This document shows, piece after piece, positions 17,075-24,874 of a DNA stretch of 29,230 nt. The position numbers were made by a program, and so were the translations under genes. The stretch is from Candidatus Acidiferrales bacterium (GTDB lineage Bacteria; Acidobacteriota; Terriglobia; Acidiferrales; UBA7541). The stretch's first letter is position 1, and each line of letters starts with the position of its first letter. The DNA is taken from positions 1 through 29,230 of the forward strand of contig DATFZR010000427.1 of NCBI GenBank assembly GCA_035314265.1. Reading direction: 5' to 3'. The notes beneath the pieces are model-generated. The model was not told where the DNA came from and searched no databases. It saw only the letters and a list, made by a program, of their open reading frames with translations.

Positions 17075-18628
17075 ATGCCACGCCCGCGTCCCATCGTTCT
17101 CACCGTGCTCGACGGCTGGGGCTTTCGCGCCGAAACCAAGGGCAATGCCATCGCCCTGGCGCGGAAGCCCGTCTACGACATGCTCCTTAAGAATTTCCCC
17201 AACACCCTCGTGAACACCTCCGGGCCATCCGTGGGCCTGCCCGAAGGGCAAATGGGTAATAGTGAGGTGGGCCACATGAACATCGGCGCCGGCCGCGTGG
17301 TCCACATGGACATCACCCGCCTCGACCTGATGATCCGCAGCGGCGAGTTCTTTCGCCAGCCCCTGCTGCTCGAGGCCATGGCCCGCGGCCGCCAGCGCCA
17401 GCTCCACCTGCTCGGACTGGTCAGCGATGGCGGCGTCCATTCCCAGCTCGAACATCTGGCGGCCCTCGTCCGCATGGCCGCGGAGCAGAAGGTCGAGCGC
17501 GTCTTCATCCACGTATTCACCGATGGCCGCGATACCGCGCCCACCAGCGGCGCGGGATACATTCAGCAGCTCGAGCAGCATCTCCACCAGTACGGCATCG
17601 GCCGCATCGCCACCGTCACCGGCCGCTACTACGCCATGGACCGCGATAACCGCTGGGAACGCGTCGAACGCGCCTACCGCGCCGTGGTCCATGGAGATGC
17701 CGGGCACCGCTCCTCAGATCCGCAGCAAGCCCTCCGCCAGAGCTACGAACACGGCGTCACCGATGAGTTTGTCGAGCCCATCGTGATCACCGACGGCCCC
17801 GATGGCCCGCCGCGCGGCCTGATCCGCGACGACGATGCCGTCATTTTCTTCAACTTCCGCGCCGATCGCGCCCGCCAGATGACCCGCGCCCTTCTCGACC
17901 CCTCCTTCGACGGCTTCGCTGACCCCAAGCGCCCCAAGAACCTGCTCTACGTCGCCATGACGCAATACGACAAGTCCTGGCCCTGGCTCCGCTACGTCAT
18001 CTCTCCCGGAAAGCTCGAGCACATCCTCGCCCAGGTCTTCGCCGAGCAGAACTTGCGCAACCTGCGCTGCGCGGAGACCGAGAAATACGCCCACGTCACT
18101 TATTTCTTCAACGGCGGCGTGGAGAAACCTTTCGGGGGCGAAGAGCGCGTGTTGATTCCCTCTCCCAAGGTGCCCACCTACGACCTGAAGCCGGAAATGA
18201 GCGCCGAGGGCATCACCGACGCGATCGTCAAAGCCATCGAGAAGGCCGACTTCGACGCCATCATCATGAACTTCGCCAACGCAGACATGGTTGGTCACTC
18301 CGGCAAACTCGAAGCCGCCGTGAAAGCCGTGGAATTCGTGGACGCCTGCCTCGGCCGCATCTACCAGTCGCTCAAGCCGCGCGGCGGCGCCTGGATCATC
18401 ACCGCCGACCACGGCAACGCGGAAACCATGATCGATCCCGTCACCGGCGGCCCCCACACCTATCACACCACGAATCCCGTGCCGTTCCTCCTGGTCAGCG
18501 ATCGGGAGAACCTCGGCCTGCGCCAGGGCGGCGCGCTCCAGGACGTCGCGCCCACCGTGCTCGAACTAATGGGCACCCAGAACCCGAAGGAAATGACCGG
18601 CAAGAATCTGCTGGCGCGAAAGAGCTGA
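17075..18628 (+). CDS. gpmI: 2,3-bisphosphoglycerate-independent phosphoglycerate mutase
   Basis: [71 protein letters not shown] and TADHGNAE. Confidence 0.98.
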   Translation: MPRPRPIVLTVLDGWGFRAETKGNAIALARKPVYDMLLKNFPNTLVNTSGPSVGLPEGQMGNSEVGHMNIGAGRVVHMDITRLDLMIRSGEFFRQPLLLEAMARGRQRQLHLLGLVSDGGVHSQLEHLAALVRMAAEQKVERVFIHVFTDGRDTAPTSGAGYIQQLEQHLHQYGIGRIATVTGRYYAMDRDNRWERVERAYRAVVHGDAGHRSSDPQQALRQSYEHGVTDEFVEPIVITDGPDGPPRGLIRDDDAVIFFNFRADRARQMTRALLDPSFDGFADPKRPKNLLYVAMTQYDKSWPWLRYVISPGKLEHILAQVFAEQNLRNLRCAETEKYAHVTYFFNGGVEKPFGGEERVLIPSPKVPTYDLKPEMSAEGITDAIVKAIEKADFDAIIMNFANADMVGHSGKLEAAVKAVEFVDACLGRIYQSLKPRGGAWIITADHGNAETMIDPVTGGPHTYHTTNPVPFLLVSDRENLGLRQGGALQDVAPTVLELMGTQNPKEMTGKNLLARKS

Positions 18629-18659
18629 CGGTTTCTTAGCGTTGGTTCCCGTTTCTCTT

Positions 18660-18673
18660 TTTTCGATTTTCGA
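18660..18673. repeat. TTTTCGA heptamer x2, site B (right arm only)
   Basis: ttttcgattttcga immediately before ATG 18676. Confidence 0.55.
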
Positions 18674-18675
18674 CT

Positions 18676-19683
18676 ATGTCCATGCCCACTCCCGCCGAAA
18701 CCAAACTCCTCCTCTGCGTCTGGCACCCATTCACCCTATGGCGTGCGCCGGAATGGTTCCCCGTCCGCCTGCGCGAGCGCTTCCCCGCCATGCGCGTGGC
18801 CCACGCCCTCGACTACAGCGGCGCAGACGAGCATCTCTCTGACTCCACCATCTTCGTCGGCTGGTCGCTGCGCCCCAAACAGTTTGCCGCGGCGCCCAGC
18901 CTCAAATGGCTGCATTCCACCGCGGCGGGAGTGGGACAGCTCATGTATCCCGAGTTGCGCGCGAGCGGCATCGCCGTCACCAACGCCAGCGGCGTGCACA
19001 CCATCCCCATCGGGGAGCACGTCCTCGGCCTGCTCCTCGCCCTCGCCCGCCGCCTTCCCTCCGCCTCCCGCCACCAGGCCGCGCGCCACTGGGGCCAGCA
19101 GGAAATCTGGAACGAGCCCGTGCGCCCCCGCGAATTGCGCGGCGCCACGCTCGTCGTGGTCGGTCTCGGCGCCATAGGGCGCGAAGTGGCGCGTCTGGCC
19201 CGCGCCATGGGCATGCGCGTCATCGCCGTCACGCGCTCCGGCAGCGCCCCGCCCGATCTCGTGGACCGCGTCGCGCCCGCATCCTCGCTCGATGCGCTGC
19301 TCCCCGAAGCCGATTTCATCGTCCTGGCCGCGCCCGAAACCCTGGAGACGCGCCACCTGATCAATGCAGCGAGGCTCGCACGCATGAAGCCGCAAGCGTA
19401 TCTGGTCAACGTGGCACGCGGCTCCCTGGTGGATGAACCGGCGCTGGTTGCGGCCCTGCGGGAGAATCGCATCGCAGGCGCGGCGCTCGACGTGGCCGGC
19501 GAAGAGCCGCTGCCGGTCTCGAGTCCTCTCTGGACGCTTGAGAACTGCATCCTCACCCCGCATTTAAGCGGGGCGAGCGATTCGCTGTGGGAGCGGCAGG
19601 CGGAATTGTTACTGGAGAACCTCGACAATTGGTTTTCCGGCCGCGAACTGCGCAACCGCGTGGACCTGGCTAGAGGCTACTAG
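18676..19683 (+). CDS. D-2-hydroxyacid dehydrogenase (GhrA/DDH-like, probably NADP(H)-preferring)
   Basis: GLGAIG Rossmann motif followed by VTRS rather than an acidic residue; NVARG, ALDV, EEPL and TPHLSG. Confidence 0.9.
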   Translation: MSMPTPAETKLLLCVWHPFTLWRAPEWFPVRLRERFPAMRVAHALDYSGADEHLSDSTIFVGWSLRPKQFAAAPSLKWLHSTAAGVGQLMYPELRASGIAVTNASGVHTIPIGEHVLGLLLALARRLPSASRHQAARHWGQQEIWNEPVRPRELRGATLVVVGLGAIGREVARLARAMGMRVIAVTRSGSAPPDLVDRVAPASSLDALLPEADFIVLAAPETLETRHLINAARLARMKPQAYLVNVARGSLVDEPALVAALRENRIAGAALDVAGEEPLPVSSPLWTLENCILTPHLSGASDSLWERQAELLLENLDNWFSGRELRNRVDLARGY

Positions 19684-19725
19684 CGCGGGGTTCCCCGCAA
19701 TCCCAGCGCCCGTCCGGCCCGCGCG

Positions 19726-20847
19726 CTAAGACGCCGGGCCCTTCGGCGCCTGGTAGCCCTGCCGGTGATACACCACCAGCTTCAGCTTTTTGTTCTTCTG
19801 ATCGTGCAGCTCGAGCAGCGCCCCATCGGGACCCACCACTTCCACTTTGATCTTCCGGAATTTCCCGTCGCGCACTTGGTTCAAGGGCGTATATCCCAGG
19901 CTGTACTGCGACCGCAACATCGCCGCCACTTCCTTCATGATGCTGGGTATCTGCCCTTCCATCACGGGAAAGTACGCGTGTCCCCCGGTGACTTTGGCGA
20001 TCTCGGTCATCTGGTTTTGAGCCATCACGTAGTTCGTCCGCCCGATGGCCCCGATGGCGTTGTGCCCTTCCAGGTAATTCTCCAGCGCGCCTCCCACCCC
20101 AACCGGAAAAATCGAAACGTCCGTGTCTTTCACGCGCTTGTAGGCGTCGTCCCATGTGTGTCTGCTGAACGTATCGATCCCCGAAGCCAGCACGAGAATG
20201 GACTTGCGCCCTTTCACGTCCTTCAGGTTGTCCAGGGTATCCATGATCGCGTCCCACAGGTTCGATTCACTGAACCCCGGAAAGAACATGCGCGTCAGGT
20301 AGCTGTCCACGGCCATCTTGTCCTGCGTGAAGTCCACCTCGATGCGCGTGCGCATGTCGAAAGACACCAGCGCGATCCAGTCGTCCTTCTTCAATTGCCG
20401 GATGAATTCGTCGCCGTAGTACTTCGCGTTCGCCGCGAACATGCCGAACCCGCGCTTGCTGAATTCAATCAGCAGCACGACGGTGATGGGCGCGTCCGGC
20501 GTGGAAAAGTTCGTCACCGGCTGCACCACGCCGTCCTCGGTCACGCGAAAATTGCCGCGCTTCAATCCATTAATGGGGTCGCCCCGGTCGTCCGCCACCA
20601 CCACGTCCAGCGTTACCAGCGGAACCTCGATGTTCAGCGTAAACTGGTCCTGCGGCTTCGCCTCGCCCGGCGCGCTGGGCACCGTCACGGGCGCCTGCGG
20701 CTGCCCGCTCGGCGGCTTTGATTGCTGCGGCGATGGTTGTTGCTGCTGCGCGCGCGCCGTCTCCTGCGCCACCGTTCCCATCAGCAACGCCATAAATAGC
20801 CCGCCCGCGAGCGCGGCGCGCAAATAGGCCATCAAGCTGGATCGCAT
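19726..20847 (-). CDS. Secreted VWA-domain protein of the Acidobacterial VWFA-related type
   Basis: Signal plus Q/P-rich linker, LVTLDVVVADDRGDPINGL, FRVTEDG, TGGHAYFP, LRSQYSLGYTP and RDGKFRKIKV. SD GAGGTG before ATG 20847. Confidence 0.9.
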   Translation of the reverse strand: MRSSLMAYLRAALAGGLFMALLMGTVAQETARAQQQQPSPQQSKPPSGQPQAPVTVPSAPGEAKPQDQFTLNIEVPLVTLDVVVADDRGDPINGLKRGNFRVTEDGVVQPVTNFSTPDAPITVVLLIEFSKRGFGMFAANAKYYGDEFIRQLKKDDWIALVSFDMRTRIEVDFTQDKMAVDSYLTRMFFPGFSESNLWDAIMDTLDNLKDVKGRKSILVLASGIDTFSRHTWDDAYKRVKDTDVSIFPVGVGGALENYLEGHNAIGAIGRTNYVMAQNQMTEIAKVTGGHAYFPVMEGQIPSIMKEVAAMLRSQYSLGYTPLNQVRDGKFRKIKVEVVGPDGALLELHDQKNKKLKLVVYHRQGYQAPKGPAS

Positions 20848-20960
20848 CAACGTCACCTCGGTTTATTTGGATGCTGCCCGGGCCTCAAGGGCTGGTCAAC
20901 ACTGCCCAACCATTTCGTCTGGGCGCCTTCTTTCACCCCGAGTTCTCCCCTCTGGCGGCA

Positions 20961-20977
20961 TGGTAGCATGCTAAGTT
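20961..20977 (+). promoter_or_regulatory. Tandem candidate extended -10 elements (TGgTAGCAT, TGcTAAGTT) for the M20-pyk operon
   Basis: Two overlapping TGnTAnnnT matches about 30-45 nt upstream of ATG 21008. Confidence 0.4.
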
Positions 20978-21007
20978 TATTGGTTGCCTGTCAGGGGGGA
21001 GTGGAGG

Positions 21008-22447
21008 ATGGATTTGTCATTGCTGCGCAGAATTCTGCTTCTCGGCCTGATCCTGGCGGTGTGCTGCGCCCCAGCGCTCCCGCAAAGCCAGGCCCCCGCC
21101 CCGTCATCCTTGGACTTCGAGAAGCTCTCCATCGAATCCATCGACTGGCTCGCGGGCCTCGTGCGCATCAATACGATCAATCCCCCCGGCAACGAGCTGG
21201 CCGCAGCGCACTACCTCGCTGAGATCCTCCAAAAGGAGGGCATCCAGCCGGAAATCATCCAGACAGCCCCGGGACGTGGCGCCGTCGTCGCCCGCCTCCA
21301 GGCCGGCGCCCTGCCCGATCCCGCTCGCGCCCTCCTGCTGCTCGGCCACATGGACGTGGTCGGCGTAGACGCCTCCAAGTGGACGCAAGACCCTTTCAGC
21401 GGCCTGGTAAAGGACGGCGCCATCTGGGGCCGCGGCACCGTGGACGACAAGGGTCCACTGATCGCCAACCTGGCCACCTTCATCGCCCTGCACCGCGCCT
21501 CAGTCCGCCTCAACCGCGACGTCATTTTCCTCGCCGATGGCGACGAAGAGGTGGGCGGCGACTCCGGTATCCGTTCCCTCGTCCGCTACAACTGGGACAA
21601 AATCGCCGCAGCTTTCTGTATCAACGAGGGCGGCCGCACCATCACGAAAGACGGCAAGCCCTGGTACGTCGGCGTGCAAGCCAGCGAAAAGGTTTCCGTC
21701 AATTTCCGCGTCACCGCCACCGGCACTTCAGGCCACGCCTCCATTCCCCTCAAAGACAACGCCGTGGTCCATCTGGCCGCCGCTGTCGAAAAATTGGGCA
21801 ACTGGGAGACCCCGGTAAAGCCGCTGGCCATCACGCACCGCTATTTTGAAGGCCTCGCCCAGATCGAAGACCCCGAGCTCGCCAAGTGGATGCGCGCGCT
21901 CGACACTCCCGAGCGCCAGGAACATGCCGCGCGCATTCTCTCCGACACCAATCCCGTCTGGAGCTCCATGCTGCGCAACAGCGTTTCTCCCACCATGCTC
22001 CAGGCCGGCGTGCGCGCCAACGTCATCCCCTCGCAAGCCAGCGCCATCATCAACGTCCGCCTGCTGCCCGGCGAGCTGCCCGGCGAATTTACCGAAGCCA
22101 TGATCAAAGTGGTCGCCGATCCGCAGGTGAGCATTGAGGTGGACTCGTCCGCCTCGCGCCCCTCTCCCCCCTCCGAAATCGACACGGATTTCTTCCGCTC
22201 CATTCAAAAGGCCGGCCGCGCCGTTTTTCCCGGAGCCCCCGTGCTGCCCATGATGTCCACCTGGGCCACCGATTCCGCTGAGCTGCGTCTTCGCCAGGTT
22301 ACCTGTTACGGCCTGGTTCCCTTCCCGCTCAGCGAAGAGGAAATCGCCCGCATGCACGCCGATAACGAGCGGCTGCCCATCGCTTCCATCCGGCCCGGCA
22401 TTGAGTTTGTCTATCGCTCCGTGGAGGATTTCGTCCGTGTTCCCTAA
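21008..22447 (+). CDS. Secreted M20/M25/M40 family metallopeptidase or acylase
   Basis: Signal peptide; metal-ligand motifs LLGHMDVV, GRGTVDDKG, DEEVGG, NEGG, GHAS and MHADNE. Confidence 0.92.
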   Translation: MDLSLLRRILLLGLILAVCCAPALPQSQAPAPSSLDFEKLSIESIDWLAGLVRINTINPPGNELAAAHYLAEILQKEGIQPEIIQTAPGRGAVVARLQAGALPDPARALLLLGHMDVVGVDASKWTQDPFSGLVKDGAIWGRGTVDDKGPLIANLATFIALHRASVRLNRDVIFLADGDEEVGGDSGIRSLVRYNWDKIAAAFCINEGGRTITKDGKPWYVGVQASEKVSVNFRVTATGTSGHASIPLKDNAVVHLAAAVEKLGNWETPVKPLAITHRYFEGLAQIEDPELAKWMRALDTPERQEHAARILSDTNPVWSSMLRNSVSPTMLQAGVRANVIPSQASAIINVRLLPGELPGEFTEAMIKVVADPQVSIEVDSSASRPSPPSEIDTDFFRSIQKAGRAVFPGAPVLPMMSTWATDSAELRLRQVTCYGLVPFPLSEEEIARMHADNERLPIASIRPGIEFVYRSVEDFVRVP

Positions 22448-23876
22448 ACCGCCGCCGCCGCGCGGGCTCACCCTGCGCCGCGCCAAGATCGTCTGCACCA
22501 TCGGTCCCGCTACCGGTTCGCCGGAAATGGTGGACCGTTTGCTCGCCGCCGGCATGAACGTGGCCCGGCTGAATTTTTCGCACGGCACCCACGACGAACA
22601 CGCCGCGTCCATCCGCGCCCTGCGGCAGGCTTCCCTCCGCCAGCAGCGCCCCCTCGCGATCCTCGCAGACCTTCAAGGGCCGAAGATTCGCACCGGCACG
22701 CTGGCCGGTGGAAAGCCAATCCACCTCGTCGCCGGCAAAACGTTCGTCATCACCACCGCCAAGGTTCCCGGCGACGCCTCGCGCGTCTCCACCACCTTCG
22801 AGCAGCTCCCCCGCGATGTGCGCACCGGCGACCGCATCCTCCTGGCCGACGGCCTCATCGAACTGCGCGTCACCGCCGTGCGCGGTCAGGATGTGGTTAC
22901 TCGCGTCATCAATGGCGGCTCGATGGGCGAGCACAAGGGCATCAACCTCCCGGGCGTCAAGCTCAAGGTCTCCTCGCTCACCGCGAAGGATCGCGAAGAT
23001 CTGCGGTTTGCCTTGGAAGCCGGCGCGAACTATGTTGCCGTCAGCTTCGTGCGCACCGCGGCAGACGTGCTCTCCGCCAAAGCCCTGATCAAGCGCGCCG
23101 GCCGCGACACTCCCGTCATCGCCAAGCTCGAAAAGCCCGAAGCCATGGACAATCTCGAGGAAATCCTCCGCGCCTCCGATGGCGTCATGGTGGCCCGCGG
23201 CGACCTGGGCGTCGAGCTCGCGCCCGAGCAGGTGCCCGTGCTTCAAAAACGCATCATCGCCATGGCCCGCGACCTCCGCGTGCCCGTCATCACCGCCACG
23301 CAGATGCTCGAATCCATGACCGAGCATCCCCGGCCTACGCGCACCGAAGCTTCCGACGTGGCCAACGCAGTCTTCGACGGCACAGACGCCGTCATGCTTT
23401 CCGCCGAGACCGCTTCCGGCCTCTATCCCCTCGAAAGCGTTCGCATGATGGACCGCATCGTGCGCGAAGCCGAAGCCCACATCACCGAAGTTGTTCGCCC
23501 GCTACACGGCGAGATCTCCGTCAGCGAAACCATCTGCGAAGCCATCTGCAAGGCTGCCGCGGCGTTCCGCATGAAAGCCATCGCCGTGTTCACTGAAAGC
23601 GGCTCCACCGCGCTCCTGATCTCCAAATACCGCCCCCCGTGCCCCATCATCGCCTTCTCTCCCAACCAGGAGACGCGCCGCCGCATGAGCATGCTCTGGG
23701 GAGTTCTGCCGCGCACCATTGGCGGCGTGAAGATCATTGACGATCTCTCGGATATAGCCGGAACGCGCCTGCTGGAAGAGCGGCTCGTGGCTCGCGGCGA
23801 CGTGGTGGGCATCGTGGCCGGAACTCCCTTCGGCGTAAAGGGCACCACAAACTTCATGAAGTTGCACACGGTCTAG
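22437..23876 (+). CDS. pyk: Pyruvate kinase (PykA-like; Lys at the K+-site position)
   Basis: AKIVCTIGPAT, ARLNFSHG, DLQGPKIRTG, VARGDLGVE, ATQMLESM and DAVMLSAETA. GTG start at 22437 with GGAGGA 8 nt upstream, overlapping the M20 gene end by 11 nt. Confidence 0.96.
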   Translation: MFPKPPPPRGLTLRRAKIVCTIGPATGSPEMVDRLLAAGMNVARLNFSHGTHDEHAASIRALRQASLRQQRPLAILADLQGPKIRTGTLAGGKPIHLVAGKTFVITTAKVPGDASRVSTTFEQLPRDVRTGDRILLADGLIELRVTAVRGQDVVTRVINGGSMGEHKGINLPGVKLKVSSLTAKDREDLRFALEAGANYVAVSFVRTAADVLSAKALIKRAGRDTPVIAKLEKPEAMDNLEEILRASDGVMVARGDLGVELAPEQVPVLQKRIIAMARDLRVPVITATQMLESMTEHPRPTRTEASDVANAVFDGTDAVMLSAETASGLYPLESVRMMDRIVREAEAHITEVVRPLHGEISVSETICEAICKAAAAFRMKAIAVFTESGSTALLISKYRPPCPIIAFSPNQETRRRMSMLWGVLPRTIGGVKIIDDLSDIAGTRLLEERLVARGDVVGIVAGTPFGVKGTTNFMKLHTV

Positions 23877-23962
23877 GAAGCGACAATCGAGAACCGGCGG
23901 TAAAGAATATCCATCCGCGCGTTCCAGCCGATTTCCATTTTTCGATTTTCGCTTCTTCGCTT
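23877..23962. repeat. AT-rich heptamer-type inverted-repeat element, site C, filling the convergent pyk/rhomboid gap
   Basis: gaagcgacaatcgagaa (23877-23893) versus ttttcgattttcgcttc (23939-23955): 15 of 17 positions complementary. Confidence 0.7.
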
Positions 23963-24739
23963 CTACTGCACCCACCGGTTCGGGTCAGACGGCGGATCGT
24001 CGCGGCGCTCCTTCATATACACCTCAAACTTCCGCCGCAAGCGCCGCTGCCGCCAGTCCGTAAGGAAGTTACGCATGGTAAAGAAGTGGGACCCGCGGCG
24101 GATGTAGAGGTAGCCCACCAGCAATCCGCCCAGGTGCGCGATATGGCTGATCCCGTTCGACGCGCCCTCGAGTGAAGTGAAAAACTCGATGGCCCCAAAC
24201 AACAGCACGAACATGCGCATCGAAATCTGGATCGGAAGGGGAAACAGCCAAACCGGCCGCTCGGGGAACAGCAGCGCGTTGGCCATCAGGATCCCGTAAA
24301 TCGCTCCGGAAGCCCCGATGGTCACCCCCATCCCCGGCGGGTGGCCCCATAGTTCGGGCGCCACGTTTACCAGCAACACGCACAGGCCCGCCCCGATACC
24401 CGTCAGAAAATAAAACTGCAGGAAGCGCTTCAGCCCCCACACGCTCTCCAGGTCCCGCCCAAACATCCACAGCGCAAACATGTTGAATACCAGGTGCAGC
24501 ACGCCCCCGTGAAGAAACAGGTAGGTCACCACCTGCCATATGCGCAATCCATGCACCACGGCGTATGGCATCAGGCCGAACCATTCGATCAGCTTGCGTT
24601 CCGCCTCGTCTCCCAGCCCCAGATTCAGGAGTTTCTGGAAAACGTACACGGCGCAATTCGCAACCACGAGCATGCGAACCGCCGGCGTGAATTCGCGCCG
24701 CCAGTCAAACCGGTACGGGGTTCGTGCAAAACTTCTCAT
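23963..24739 (-). CDS. Rhomboid family intramembrane serine protease
   Basis: WQVVTYLFLHGG..HLVFNM, catalytic GASG and HIAHLGG, multiple transmembrane segments. Start placed at ATG 24739. Confidence 0.93.
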   Translation of the reverse strand: MRSFARTPYRFDWRREFTPAVRMLVVANCAVYVFQKLLNLGLGDEAERKLIEWFGLMPYAVVHGLRIWQVVTYLFLHGGVLHLVFNMFALWMFGRDLESVWGLKRFLQFYFLTGIGAGLCVLLVNVAPELWGHPPGMGVTIGASGAIYGILMANALLFPERPVWLFPLPIQISMRMFVLLFGAIEFFTSLEGASNGISHIAHLGGLLVGYLYIRRGSHFFTMRNFLTDWRQRRLRRKFEVYMKERRDDPPSDPNRWVQ

Positions 24740-24767
24740 TGCCAACCAGTCTAGCCGGGGGAAGGCA

Positions 24768-24870
24768 GAAAAGCGAAACTCGAAATTCAAAACACAAGAA
24801 TCGATCCGGGAAGAGCGTGCGGGGCCGGCCTCGTCCGTTTTTCGTTTTTCGTTCTTCGTTTTCGCTTTTC
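24768..24870. repeat. AT-rich heptamer-type inverted-repeat element, site D
   Basis: gaaaagcgaaa (24768-24778) pairs with tttcgcttttc (24860-24870). Both arms show 7-nt periodicity (gaaaagc/gaaactc/gaaattc/aaaacac; cgttttt/cgttttt/cgttctt/cgttttc). Confidence 0.75.
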
Positions 24871-24874
24871 GGTC

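Noticed and set aside
19681-19728. Inverted repeat linking the convergent stop codons of the dehydrogenase and VWA genes (tagcgcg...cgcgcta)
   Set aside because: Only 7 bp of GC-rich pairing, plausible by chance or as an ordinary terminator-like structure.
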